DNA of 32,508 nucleotides from Gemmatimonadota bacterium (GTDB lineage: Bacteria; Gemmatimonadota; Gemmatimonadetes; Gemmatimonadales; GWC2-71-9), in contig QHTX01000127.1 in assembly GCA_003220975.1 (NCBI GenBank), positions 27,709 through 60,216 on the forward strand, in the 5' to 3' direction. Positions 15,798 through 23,482 of this stretch are shown here, piece by piece. The translations under genes were made by a program, and so were the position numbers. The notes under the pieces are model-generated. The model made no database searches. It was not told where the DNA came from and saw only the letters and a program-made list of their open reading frames with translations. Position 1 is the first letter of the stretch. Every line of letters starts with the position of its first letter.

Positions 15798-15870
15798 CGC
15801 GCTCCCACCAGGCCACAGCCATCGTCCGAGTCCTCATACCGGATACCGGGATTGCAGCCTTGGGATAGTG

Positions 15871-15899
15871 GTTATATCCCGCGGCGCCGCCCCTGTCAA
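15871..15899 (-). promoter_or_regulatory. Predicted strong sigma70-type xoxF promoter
   Basis: The minus strand reads TTGACA-17 nt-TATAAC. This implies a leader of about 150 nt before ATG 15711 (SD GAGG). Confidence 0.55.
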
Positions 15900-15919
15900 T
15901 CAGCAGGGGAAACCTCGAT

Positions 15920-15932
15920 TTTCAGCCTGAAA
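15920..15932. promoter_or_regulatory. 13-bp palindrome TTTCAGCCTGAAA upstream of the xoxF -35
   Basis: TTTCAG-C-CTGAAA, centred about 30 bp upstream of the -35 centre. Overlaps the mptG stop codon. Confidence 0.3.
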
Positions 15933-16896
15933 CGGGGGCGTCGTCGCGCCACACCCGCGCTCCGGCGGCGCTGAAGCCCCCTTCGTAGACCATCCCCCCG
16001 CCCGCCTGCTCGAGCACGCCGCGCGCGCGCTCGGCCAGCGCCCGGGATGCCGCCTCCTCCCCCACGATGCCGTACACGGCGGGGCCCCACGAGCTCTGCC
16101 CCACGCCCACCGCCCCCCACTCCCCCAGCCGCGCCACCAGCTGCGCCGTCTCGCCCGGCGCGAACACCCCGCCCTGGACGGGCGCGAACCAGCCGCCCGT
16201 GATCCGCTGCACCTCGGCGAGCGCCGCGCCGAATGCCGGGAGATCGGCGTCGGCGAGGGCCGGGAGCAGTTGCATCAGGACGAGGTGCGCGACGCGCTCG
16301 ACTTCGCGGGCGGGGGGCGGGGGTAGCCGGGCGAAGGCCGCCGCCTCCTCGTCGCCCGCGAGCCCCGGCTGGCCGCGCGGCACGACCACCACCGAGCGCC
16401 ACGCCGGGGGCATGGGGAGCCGGGCGAGCAGGGGGGCGACGCCGTCGGCGCCCGGGCGGCGGCCGCCCTCGAGCACGAAGCCGCCGTACGCGAACGTCCA
16501 CGTCCCGATGGCGGAGCGCCGCCCGCGATCCACGGCGCGCGCCAGTGCCGACACCTCCGGCGAGAGCCCATGCAGTTCGGCGATCGCCCGCGCCACCGCG
16601 AGTGCGAGCTGGGTGCCCGAGCCGAGCCCGGCGTGCGCGGGGATGGCGCGGTGCACGCAGAAGCGAACCCGCGGCGCGATGCCGTGGTGGGCGGCGAACC
16701 GCCGGGCGAACGCGAGCACCCGCTCCGCTTCTGCGGGAGGTCCCTCGGCGTCCAGGGCGGCCGCCGGCCGGGCTTCGAGCAGCAGCGAGGGCGCCGGCAC
16801 CGCGGCGCCGATCCCGCCGAACCGCCGTCCCAGGTCGCCGCGCAGATCGAGCACGCCGAAGTGGAGGCGGGCCGGCGCCTCGACGAAGATCCTCAT
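15922..16896 (-). CDS. mptG: Beta-ribofuranosylaminobenzene 5'-phosphate synthase (first committed H4MPT step)
   Basis: MRIFVEAPARLHFGVLDL..., with the GHMP-like loop PAHAGLGSGTQLALAV. The ATG at 16896 overlaps the upstream stop (ATGA). Confidence 0.85.
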   Translation of the reverse strand: MRIFVEAPARLHFGVLDLRGDLGRRFGGIGAAVPAPSLLLEARPAAALDAEGPPAEAERVLAFARRFAAHHGIAPRVRFCVHRAIPAHAGLGSGTQLALAVARAIAELHGLSPEVSALARAVDRGRRSAIGTWTFAYGGFVLEGGRRPGADGVAPLLARLPMPPAWRSVVVVPRGQPGLAGDEEAAAFARLPPPPAREVERVAHLVLMQLLPALADADLPAFGAALAEVQRITGGWFAPVQGGVFAPGETAQLVARLGEWGAVGVGQSSWGPAVYGIVGEEAASRALAERARGVLEQAGGGMVYEGGFSAAGARVWRDDAPVSG

Positions 16897-17450
16897 CGCG
16901 CGGCGGGTGCGAGGCGCACGTAGTCCGTGAGCAGCGCCATCGCTTCGCGCTCGCGCGGGCCCGCGGTCTTGTCCACGATCACCTGCAACCGCGCGAACTC
17001 GTCGCGGATCTGGTCGGGCGGCAGGAGGTGGGTCCGCGTGGCGAGGATCGCCGCCTCGAGCACCGCGTTGCGCGCGCGGTTGAAGCCGAGAAACTCGCGC
17101 CGCACGCCGCGATGCACCACGCCCGTGACGACGCGCGCGCGGGGCGGCGTGGCGTCGAGCGAGCGGACCCGGACTTCCCGCCAGGAGCACGCCGCCTCGA
17201 GCACCACGCCGCGCACCACCGTGGCCGGCGCCGCCGGGAACTGAGCGTTGGAAATCGCGCCTTGGGCGAACAGCATCACGTCGTCGGTCAGGTTCACCAC
17301 CGCGGCACCGGTCGCCTGCAGGTTGCGAAAGGTCGTGGTCTCGAGGAACGGCTTGAGGACGATTTCTTCCTCGCCCCACTCCACGCCCATCGGGGCGAAG
17401 TTGACCGCTCCCCCCGCGTCCAGGGTGGTGAGGATCGATTCGATGATCAC
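16893..17450 (-). CDS. DUF447-like protein typical of H4MPT gene islands
   Basis: MIIESILTTLDAGGAVNFAPMGV..., the expected size (185 aa), and its context between pabA and mptG. GTGA overlap with pabA. Confidence 0.65.
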   Translation of the reverse strand: MIIESILTTLDAGGAVNFAPMGVEWGEEEIVLKPFLETTTFRNLQATGAAVVNLTDDVMLFAQGAISNAQFPAAPATVVRGVVLEAACSWREVRVRSLDATPPRARVVTGVVHRGVRREFLGFNRARNAVLEAAILATRTHLLPPDQIRDEFARLQVIVDKTAGPREREAMALLTDYVRLAPAAR

Positions 17451-18079
17451 GGGACCAGTTCGACTGCCAACCCCGCGCCGTCGGCGCGGTCGGGGAGGGC
17501 GTCGCGCCGCGAGGCCGCGCCGTGCAGGAAACGGTCGAGCAGGACGTAGCCGTGCTCGGTGAGCACGGACTCGGGATGGAACTGCAGCCCCGTGACCGGG
17601 TGACGGACGTGCTCCACGGCCATGATCTCGCCATCTTCCGCCGTCGCGGTGACGCGCAACTCGGCCGGCAGCCCCGCCCGGGCGATGGCGAGCGAGTGGT
17701 AGCGGGCGGCCGGGAACGGGTTCGGGAGCCCGGCGAACAGGCCGCGCCCGTCATGCGCGATGCGGGACGGCTTGCCGTGCACGGGGCGCCCGGCGCGCGC
17801 GATGCCGGCGCCGTACGCCGCCCCGATGCACTGGTGCCCGAGGCAGACGCCGAGGATGGGGATCGTGGGGCCGAAGCGGCGGATCACCTCGATCGAGATC
17901 CCGGCTTCGGCCGGCGAGCAGGGCCCGGGTGAGATGATGATGCGGGACGGGTCGAGCGCCGCGATCTCGTCCGGCGTCGTGGCGTCGTGGCGTCGCACGA
18001 CGGCCTCTTCCCCCAGCTCTCGGACGTAGCGGGCCAGGTTGTAGACGAACGAGTCGTAGTTGTCGATCAGCAGGATCAT
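17447..18079 (-). CDS. pabA: Glutamine amidotransferase, aminodeoxychorismate/anthranilate synthase component II
   Basis: MILLIDNYDSFVYNL, catalytic GVCLGHQ, and HPES. ATGA overlap with pabB. Confidence 0.85.
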   Translation of the reverse strand: MILLIDNYDSFVYNLARYVRELGEEAVVRRHDATTPDEIAALDPSRIIISPGPCSPAEAGISIEVIRRFGPTIPILGVCLGHQCIGAAYGAGIARAGRPVHGKPSRIAHDGRGLFAGLPNPFPAARYHSLAIARAGLPAELRVTATAEDGEIMAVEHVRHPVTGLQFHPESVLTEHGYVLLDRFLHGAASRRDALPDRADGAGLAVELVP

Positions 18080-19542
18080 GGCGTCAGAGCGGCGACGAGC
18101 CCGCGCGCCTTGTCGAGGGTCTCGCGGTACTCCTGCTCGGGATCGGAGTCGGCCACGATGCCGCCGCCGACCTGAAAATACACGTCGCGGCCGAGCACCA
18201 GGTAGGTGCGGATCACGATGTTCGTGTCGAGCGCGCCCGTGACGCTCACATAGCCGATCGCGCCGCAATACGCGCCGCGCGCGGTGGGCTCGAGCTCCGC
18301 GATGATCTGCATCGCGCGCACTTTCGGGGCGCCCGTGATCGAGCCGCCCGGAAAGGCCGCCCGCAGCAGGTCCACGCCATCGTGCTCCGGCGCGAGCTCG
18401 CCCACGACGGTCGAGACCATGTGATGCACCGTCGCGTAGTGCTCGATGGCGAACAGCTCGGGCACGCGCACCGTGCCGGGGCGGCACACCCGCGACAGGT
18501 CGTTCCGGAGGAGATCCACGATCATCACGTTCTCGGCCCGGTCCTTGTCGCTCTCGGCGAGCGCGAGGGCGAGGGCCGCGTCGTGCTCTGGCCCCACGCC
18601 GCGCGGCCGGGTGCCCTTGATGGGCCGGGTCTCGACCTGGCGGCCGTCGTGCACCCGCAGGAACCGCTCGGGAGACGAGCTCGCGATGACCACGTCGCCG
18701 CAGTCGAGGAATGCGGCGAACGGCGCCGGATTGCGTCGCCGCAGCCGCCGGTATAGGTCGAGCGGCGTGCCGGCGAGCGGCGCCTCGAGCCGCTGCGACA
18801 GGTTCGCCTGAAAGATGTCGCCCGCGAAGATGTACTCGATCACGCGGGCGACCGCGTCGAGGTAGCCCTCGCGCGTGAAGTTGGAGCGCACGCCGGGGAC
18901 GCCGGGGACGGGATACGAAGGGGCGGATAGGCGGTTAGCCGGATAGGCGGTTAGCCGGTTAGCAGTGCTGTTACTATCCGCCCATCCGCCTATCCGCCTA
19001 TCCCTCAGCCGCTCCTTCACGAATGTCAGCCGCCGCGCCGCGCGGTCGGTTCGAGCCGTCCCTCGCTCGGGGATCCCCGTCGAGATCACCCACGCCCGCC
19101 CGGCGGGATGGTCCCACGCGATCACCCAGTCATACAGGCCGAGCAGCACGTCGGGGAGTGCGTAATCGTCGTAGCGCGGGCGCGGCACGCGCTCGAGCGT
19201 CGCTCCCCAGTCGTATCCCAGGTAGCCCGCGGCGCCGCCCTGAAACGGGGGGAGGTCCGCCAGCGGCTCCGCCGCGTGCGGCGCGAGCAGCGCGCGAGCA
19301 TGCGTCAGGGCGTCCGGCTCCACGCGCACCCAGCGCCCATCCACGAGCTGCTGCGTCAGGAGGGCCTTCGAGCGGACGGCGCTCCAGGGGTCGGCCGTGA
19401 GAAACGAGTGACGGCCGAGGTGCTCCGCGTCGGTGGCGCTGTCCAGGAACACCAGGGACGGCAACCCTGCGAATCGGACGCACGTCTCGAACGGGTCGGG
19501 GGCGGGGACGAGCTCCTCGACGAGCGGCCGCGCGTCGCTCAC
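18076..19542 (-). CDS. pabB: Aminodeoxychorismate synthase component I
   Basis: Chorismate-binding motifs SPERFL, PGGSITGAPK and RGAYCGAIGY. GTG 19542 overlaps the upstream stop (GTGA). The track start at 19653 is an extension. Confidence 0.85.
   Translation of the reverse strand: MSDARPLVEELVPAPDPFETCVRFAGLPSLVFLDSATDAEHLGRHSFLTADPWSAVRSKALLTQQLVDGRWVRVEPDALTHARALLAPHAAEPLADLPPFQGGAAGYLGYDWGATLERVPRPRYDDYALPDVLLGLYDWVIAWDHPAGRAWVISTGIPERGTARTDRAARRLTFVKERLRDRRIGGWADSNSTANRLTAYPANRLSAPSYPVPGVPGVRSNFTREGYLDAVARVIEYIFAGDIFQANLSQRLEAPLAGTPLDLYRRLRRRNPAPFAAFLDCGDVVIASSSPERFLRVHDGRQVETRPIKGTRPRGVGPEHDAALALALAESDKDRAENVMIVDLLRNDLSRVCRPGTVRVPELFAIEHYATVHHMVSTVVGELAPEHDGVDLLRAAFPGGSITGAPKVRAMQIIAELEPTARGAYCGAIGYVSVTGALDTNIVIRTYLVLGRDVYFQVGGGIVADSDPEQEYRETLDKARGLVAALTP
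18910..19004. repeat. Octamer-periodic inverted repeat element (type 1), inside pabB
   Basis: GGGATAcgaagg. Left arm: GGCGGATA GGCGGTTA GCCGGATA GGCGGTTA GCCGGTTA. 13-nt loop. Right arm: TATCCGCC CATCCGCC TATCCGCC TATCCC. Confidence 0.85.
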
Positions 19543-20978
19543 CGGCGGTCCCCCCCTTTGGCGCGACGCGCGCGGGAGCGGGCGCGGGCGGAGGGGTGCG
19601 TCAGTTTCACGTGCTCGGGCCCGCGGTCGTCCGGCGGCGTCAGATAGCCCCACTGGAGGGCGCCCTCCTGCCGGTACGTCTTGCCGAGGGTGACGGCCAG
19701 CCGCGCCTTCATGAGCTCGCGGCCCAGGTAGAACGCGTGGGTCGCCTCCTCCACGCCGAGCCGCGAGAAGATCTCGTGGATGTCGGTGCCGCGGACGAAG
19801 GTCTCGCTGTTGAACACGGTGATCGTGTCGCGGTCGGTGAAGATCCGGAAGTTGGGATCGGTCACCGCGCGCTGCAGCTCGCGCAGCTCCGCTTCGGTGT
19901 AGGCCAGGATCGCGGGGTCTTTCACCGTGACGAGCCGGTCGTCCACCCCCTTGGGGGGCGTCTGCTGCGTCACGGCGTGATACATGAGACGCCGCGCGAT
20001 GTCGATCTCACGCACCGCGCCGCGGGCCCAAGGAATCACCTCCGTGGTGAGGACGGCGCGCACGCCCAGCTCCTGGCAGATCGCGATGAGCAGGGCATGC
20101 ACGCCCGTCGTGTCCGCCGCCGTGAGCTCGGTGAGGTTGCCGATGCCCATGAACAGCGGCGCCCCGGCATAGCGGCGGCGCACCTCGGCGAAGCGCTCGA
20201 GCGAGCGCATGAACCCGAACCCGATCGGCTCGATGACCGGGTCGATGAGGTAGGAGACGCCCCAGCGCTCGAGCGCGGTGATGCTCGGCTCGAGGGTCTC
20301 GATGCCCTGGCCGAAGTCGGGAATCACGACGACCCGGGCCTTCGTCCCCGCGAACTCCCGCGCGACGTCCAGGTTGGAGCCGTTCACGGACAGGACGAGC
20401 TCCGCACCGGCGCCCACGGCCGTGCGGATCTCGGTCGGGTCGAACGAGTCGACGCTCACCCGCGCGCCCGCGGCCACAAGCTCGTGCACCACGTCGCCGA
20501 GCTCGGGGAACTCGCGCCCGGGCGTGCAGCCGACATCGATCACGTCGGCCCCACTCGCGCGGTAGTGCTCGGCCTCTCGCCGCAGGGCGTCGCGCGCGAG
20601 CCGGGGGGCGTTGTTCACTTCGGCGACGATCTCGATGTCGTAGGACCCGTAGGTCCGCGCCGCCGCCGCGCGGCCGAAGTACTCGGGGATCTGCCGCAGG
20701 TCCTTGGGGCCCTTCTCGACCGCGATCCCCTCCCCGGCCGTTTCCGCGATCACCGCGGGGTCGCCCTCGCACAGGCCGGGAATCAGCACCAGGTCGGTGC
20801 CCGGCGGCACCTCGAGGAAGCGGGCGATCCAGGGCGTCGTCATCAGGGCGGCCACGGTGATCTTCATGACCGCGACCTCCCACGCGAACGTCGCGTCCAT
20901 CCCGGCGAGCGTGCGCCGCAACGCCGGCTCGGCCAGCTTGCCGGTGACGAACAAGACCCGTCGCGGCTCCGCGGTCAC
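19539..20978 (-). CDS. Dihydropteroate-synthase-like pterin-binding protein of the H4MPT pathway (MptH-like)
   Basis: The central region resembles a pterin-binding barrel (ADVIDVGCTPG..., SVDSF, LVLSVNG). About 479 aa with extra N- and C-terminal domains. GTGA overlap with the PCD gene. Confidence 0.7.
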   Translation of the reverse strand: MTAEPRRVLFVTGKLAEPALRRTLAGMDATFAWEVAVMKITVAALMTTPWIARFLEVPPGTDLVLIPGLCEGDPAVIAETAGEGIAVEKGPKDLRQIPEYFGRAAAARTYGSYDIEIVAEVNNAPRLARDALRREAEHYRASGADVIDVGCTPGREFPELGDVVHELVAAGARVSVDSFDPTEIRTAVGAGAELVLSVNGSNLDVAREFAGTKARVVVIPDFGQGIETLEPSITALERWGVSYLIDPVIEPIGFGFMRSLERFAEVRRRYAGAPLFMGIGNLTELTAADTTGVHALLIAICQELGVRAVLTTEVIPWARGAVREIDIARRLMYHAVTQQTPPKGVDDRLVTVKDPAILAYTEAELRELQRAVTDPNFRIFTDRDTITVFNSETFVRGTDIHEIFSRLGVEEATHAFYLGRELMKARLAVTLGKTYRQEGALQWGYLTPPDDRGPEHVKLTHPSARARSRARRAKGGDRR

Positions 20979-21334
20979 CGCGGATCGCCCGACCGGACGA
21001 ACTTGTTCGGCGTCCCCTCGAGCGCGCCGCCCTTGGGGCGCCACAGCACGGTGTCCTCGATCTTGCGCGCCAGCTCGAAGTCCTTGTCCGTGATCCCGCC
21101 CGCGGCGTGGTTCTTGAGCTTCACGATCACCCGCCCCCAGGTCACCGCGAGGTCCGGGTGATGGTACGCCGCCTCGGCGACGTAGCCGATCGTGTTCACC
21201 AGCATCAGCGTGGTCGGCCAACCGTCCGTCTTGTAGTTGCGCCGGATCCAGCCGTCCTCCAACCACCAGCCGGCGTAGTCCTTGAGCTTCTCTTCGACCT
21301 GCGCGTCGGTGTACGTGGGCTCTTTCGCTGCCAT
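20975..21334 (-). CDS. Pterin-4a-carbinolamine dehydratase-like protein
   Basis: 119 aa with AAYHHPDLAVTWGRVIVKLKNH (the HHPD core of the PCD/DCoH fold). SD AAGGAG. Confidence 0.8.
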   Translation of the reverse strand: MAAKEPTYTDAQVEEKLKDYAGWWLEDGWIRRNYKTDGWPTTLMLVNTIGYVAEAAYHHPDLAVTWGRVIVKLKNHAAGGITDKDFELARKIEDTVLWRPKGGALEGTPNKFVRSGDPR

Positions 21335-21351
21335 GGCTCGCTCCTTGAGGG

Positions 21352-22134
21352 CTAGATCACGCCCCCGCCGTTGATCAGCAACATCTGTCCGGTCACATAC
21401 GCCGCGGCGTCCGAGGCGAGGTACACCGCCGCGTAGGCGATGTCTTCGGGGGTGCCCCAGCGCCCCAGCGGGATCGTGGCGGTGATGCGCTGCTTCGTGG
21501 CCGGGTCGAGGCTGCTGCCGTAGGCCGTCTCGACCCAGCCCGGTCCCAGCACGTTGACCCGGATGTGCGGCGCGACCGAGCGGGCGAGCGCCCTGCTGAA
21601 GCTGTACACCCCGCCCTTCGCCGCGCAGAAGAGCTGCGCATACTCGCCTTTCATCCCGCCCGTCAGCACGTGGTCCCAGGACATGTTCAGGATCACGCCA
21701 CCGTCCGGCTGCTGCTGCATCAACTCGACTGCGGCCCACGAGGCGAGCATCGTACCCCGCAGGTCCACGGCGAGCAGCAGGTCAAGCTTCTCGGCGCGCG
21801 AGCGGGTCGCCGGCTCGCCCGTGAGAACGTCCGCGCCGGCGTTGTTGATCCACACGTCCACCCGGCCCAGGGCTCCCCGGGCGTCGGCGGCGAGGCGGCG
21901 GACGTCGTCCGCCTGACTCGCGTCGGTCGCGAACACCTCCGCCCGGCGGCCCAGCCCGCGGATCGTCCCTGCCACGTCGTCGGCGGCACTCCGGCTCGTG
22001 CGGTAGGTGACGGCGACGTCCGCCCCGGCGGCGGCGCAGGCGAGCGCGATCGCCCGCCCAATGCCGCGCGAGGCACCCGTCACGAGCACCATCTTACCGG
22101 CGAGCATCGCGTCGTCCGGCTGCTGTTTTGACAT
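21352..22134 (-). CDS. Short-chain dehydrogenase/reductase with a non-canonical Tyr-Lys spacing
   Basis: TGASRGIG, NNAG and NMS are present. The expected YxxxK instead reads Y-AQLFCAA-K, with Phe four residues before the Lys. Confidence 0.85.
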   Translation of the reverse strand: MSKQQPDDAMLAGKMVLVTGASRGIGRAIALACAAAGADVAVTYRTSRSAADDVAGTIRGLGRRAEVFATDASQADDVRRLAADARGALGRVDVWINNAGADVLTGEPATRSRAEKLDLLLAVDLRGTMLASWAAVELMQQQPDGGVILNMSWDHVLTGGMKGEYAQLFCAAKGGVYSFSRALARSVAPHIRVNVLGPGWVETAYGSSLDPATKQRITATIPLGRWGTPEDIAYAAVYLASDAAAYVTGQMLLINGGGVI

Positions 22135-22156
22135 CGGGTCTCCAACGGCCTAACCT
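22128..22156 (+). promoter_or_regulatory. Predicted sigma70-type mfnB promoter
   Basis: TTGACA-17 nt-TAACCT. The -35 overlaps the SDR start codon. A candidate opposite-strand -10 (TAGGTT, 22157-22152) shares the same bases. Confidence 0.4.
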
Positions 22157-22195
22157 ACCGGCACTTTTGGGAGAGCCACAAGGGAGCGGCCGTGT

Positions 22196-22909
22196 ATGAG
22201 GCTTCTGGTGAGTGTCGCGGACCCGAGCGAAGCGCGCGCTGCCCTCGAGGGCGGGGCCGACGTCATCGATGCGAAACAGCCCCGCCGCGGCGCGCTGGGT
22301 CCCGTGCGACCGGACGTGCTCGCGGCGATCCGACAGGTCGTCGGGGCGGCGCGGCCGGTGAGCGCCGCGCTGGGGGACGCGCGCGACGAAGCCGCCATTG
22401 AGCGCGCGGCCGGGGTCGCGGCCGGGCTCGGCGTGGCCTTCGTCAAGGTCGGCTTCGCGGGAGTGGTGACCGAGCAACGCGCGCGCCGGCTCGCGACGGT
22501 GGCGCGGCGCGGTGCCGGCGACTCGGGGCTAGTGCTCGTCGGCTACGCGGACTGGCGGCGCGCGGACAGCCTCGCCCCCGAGCGGTTGGTGGCCGTGGCG
22601 GCGACGGCGGCCGGGGCGGGGGTGCTGCTCGACACCGCGTTCAAGGACGCGCCCCTGTTCGCCCTGGAACCCCCGGAGCGCGTGGGCGCGTGGGTCGCCG
22701 CGGCACACGCGGCTGGCCTGTTCGCAGGTGTCGCCGGGAGCCTCTGGGGCTCGGACTTCGCGACCGCCCGGGCGCTCGGAGCCGATCTGCTGGGCGTGCG
22801 AGGCGCCGCCTGCGTGGGCGGGCGGACTGGACCAGTCTCCGCCGCTCGCGTGGCGGCGTTACGGGCGCTTGCTCACGCGGCGCGACGATCCCTCCCCGCC
22901 TTCGTTTAA
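22196..22909 (+). CDS. mfnB: (5-formylfuran-3-yl)methyl phosphate synthase-like protein (DUF556/MfnB family, methanofuran biosynthesis)
   Basis: MRLLVSVADPSEARAALEGGADVIDAKQP... fits the family N-terminus. 237 aa. SD AAGGGAG. Confidence 0.7.
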   Translation: MRLLVSVADPSEARAALEGGADVIDAKQPRRGALGPVRPDVLAAIRQVVGAARPVSAALGDARDEAAIERAAGVAAGLGVAFVKVGFAGVVTEQRARRLATVARRGAGDSGLVLVGYADWRRADSLAPERLVAVAATAAGAGVLLDTAFKDAPLFALEPPERVGAWVAAAHAAGLFAGVAGSLWGSDFATARALGADLLGVRGAACVGGRTGPVSAARVAALRALAHAARRSLPAFV

Positions 22910-23482
22910 CGCGACGTCCAGCTGCCCCAAGTCGTCGGCCGTGACGATCAGATGCTCCACGGCCGGTGGGAGCGTGCGGACGAACGCCGGGTCGACGAGC
23001 TTGCGCGCGTCGCCTCGGCCGCTCGCCGGCTTGATGAGCACGATCCGCCGCGCGCCGAGCGCGCCCGCGAACCAGGCGGCGATCGAGTCGCTGGTCACGT
23101 CCCACGAGTGGGGCAGTGGGTCCGCCGTCTTGAGCCAGCGATACGGTGCGAGCACCGGCAGCTGCCCGGCCGCGAGCGCCGCGGCGATGTCCTCGCGCTG
23201 CTCGACCAACGCGGCTCCCGGCGCGCGGGCGGCGAGGGCGTGCGCATATTGATCCATGCCGAGCACCGCCATCCAGTGCGCCGCGTCTGCTCCGATCTTC
23301 ACGCGCCGGAACATCTGGCGGACCGCGTCCGCGAACGGGCCGCCGCCCGGAATCACGACCAGCCGCCGCCCGGGCCGGAACGCCGTCAGCGCCTCGATGA
23401 CGTGGTCGAAGGCGCGCGCCTTGCCGAGCAGGCCGCCGCCGACCTTCAGCACGGTGTGGACGACGACGCGTTCGGGCGTCAC
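22859..23482 (-). CDS. Amino-acid-kinase-fold protein, MfnE-like
   Basis: N-terminal VLKVGGGLL glycine loop and VVIPGGGPFAD. GTG 23482 overlaps the upstream stop (GTGA). Confidence 0.65.
   Translation of the reverse strand: MTPERVVVHTVLKVGGGLLGKARAFDHVIEALTAFRPGRRLVVIPGGGPFADAVRQMFRRVKIGADAAHWMAVLGMDQYAHALAARAPGAALVEQREDIAAALAAGQLPVLAPYRWLKTADPLPHSWDVTSDSIAAWFAGALGARRIVLIKPASGRGDARKLVDPAFVRTLPPAVEHLIVTADDLGQLDVALNEGGEGSSRRVSKRP

Noticed and set aside
15918-15934. TTTTCAGCCTGAAAC as a parS site
   Set aside because: The half-sites resemble parS (GTTTCA / TGAAAC), but the centre has 3 nt instead of 2. The half-site register is therefore wrong for ParB. I keep it only as a possible operator upstream of xoxF.
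2615-19004. Octamer arrays as CRISPR arrays
   Set aside because: The units are 8 nt with no unique spacers, arranged as inverted arms. No cas genes are present.
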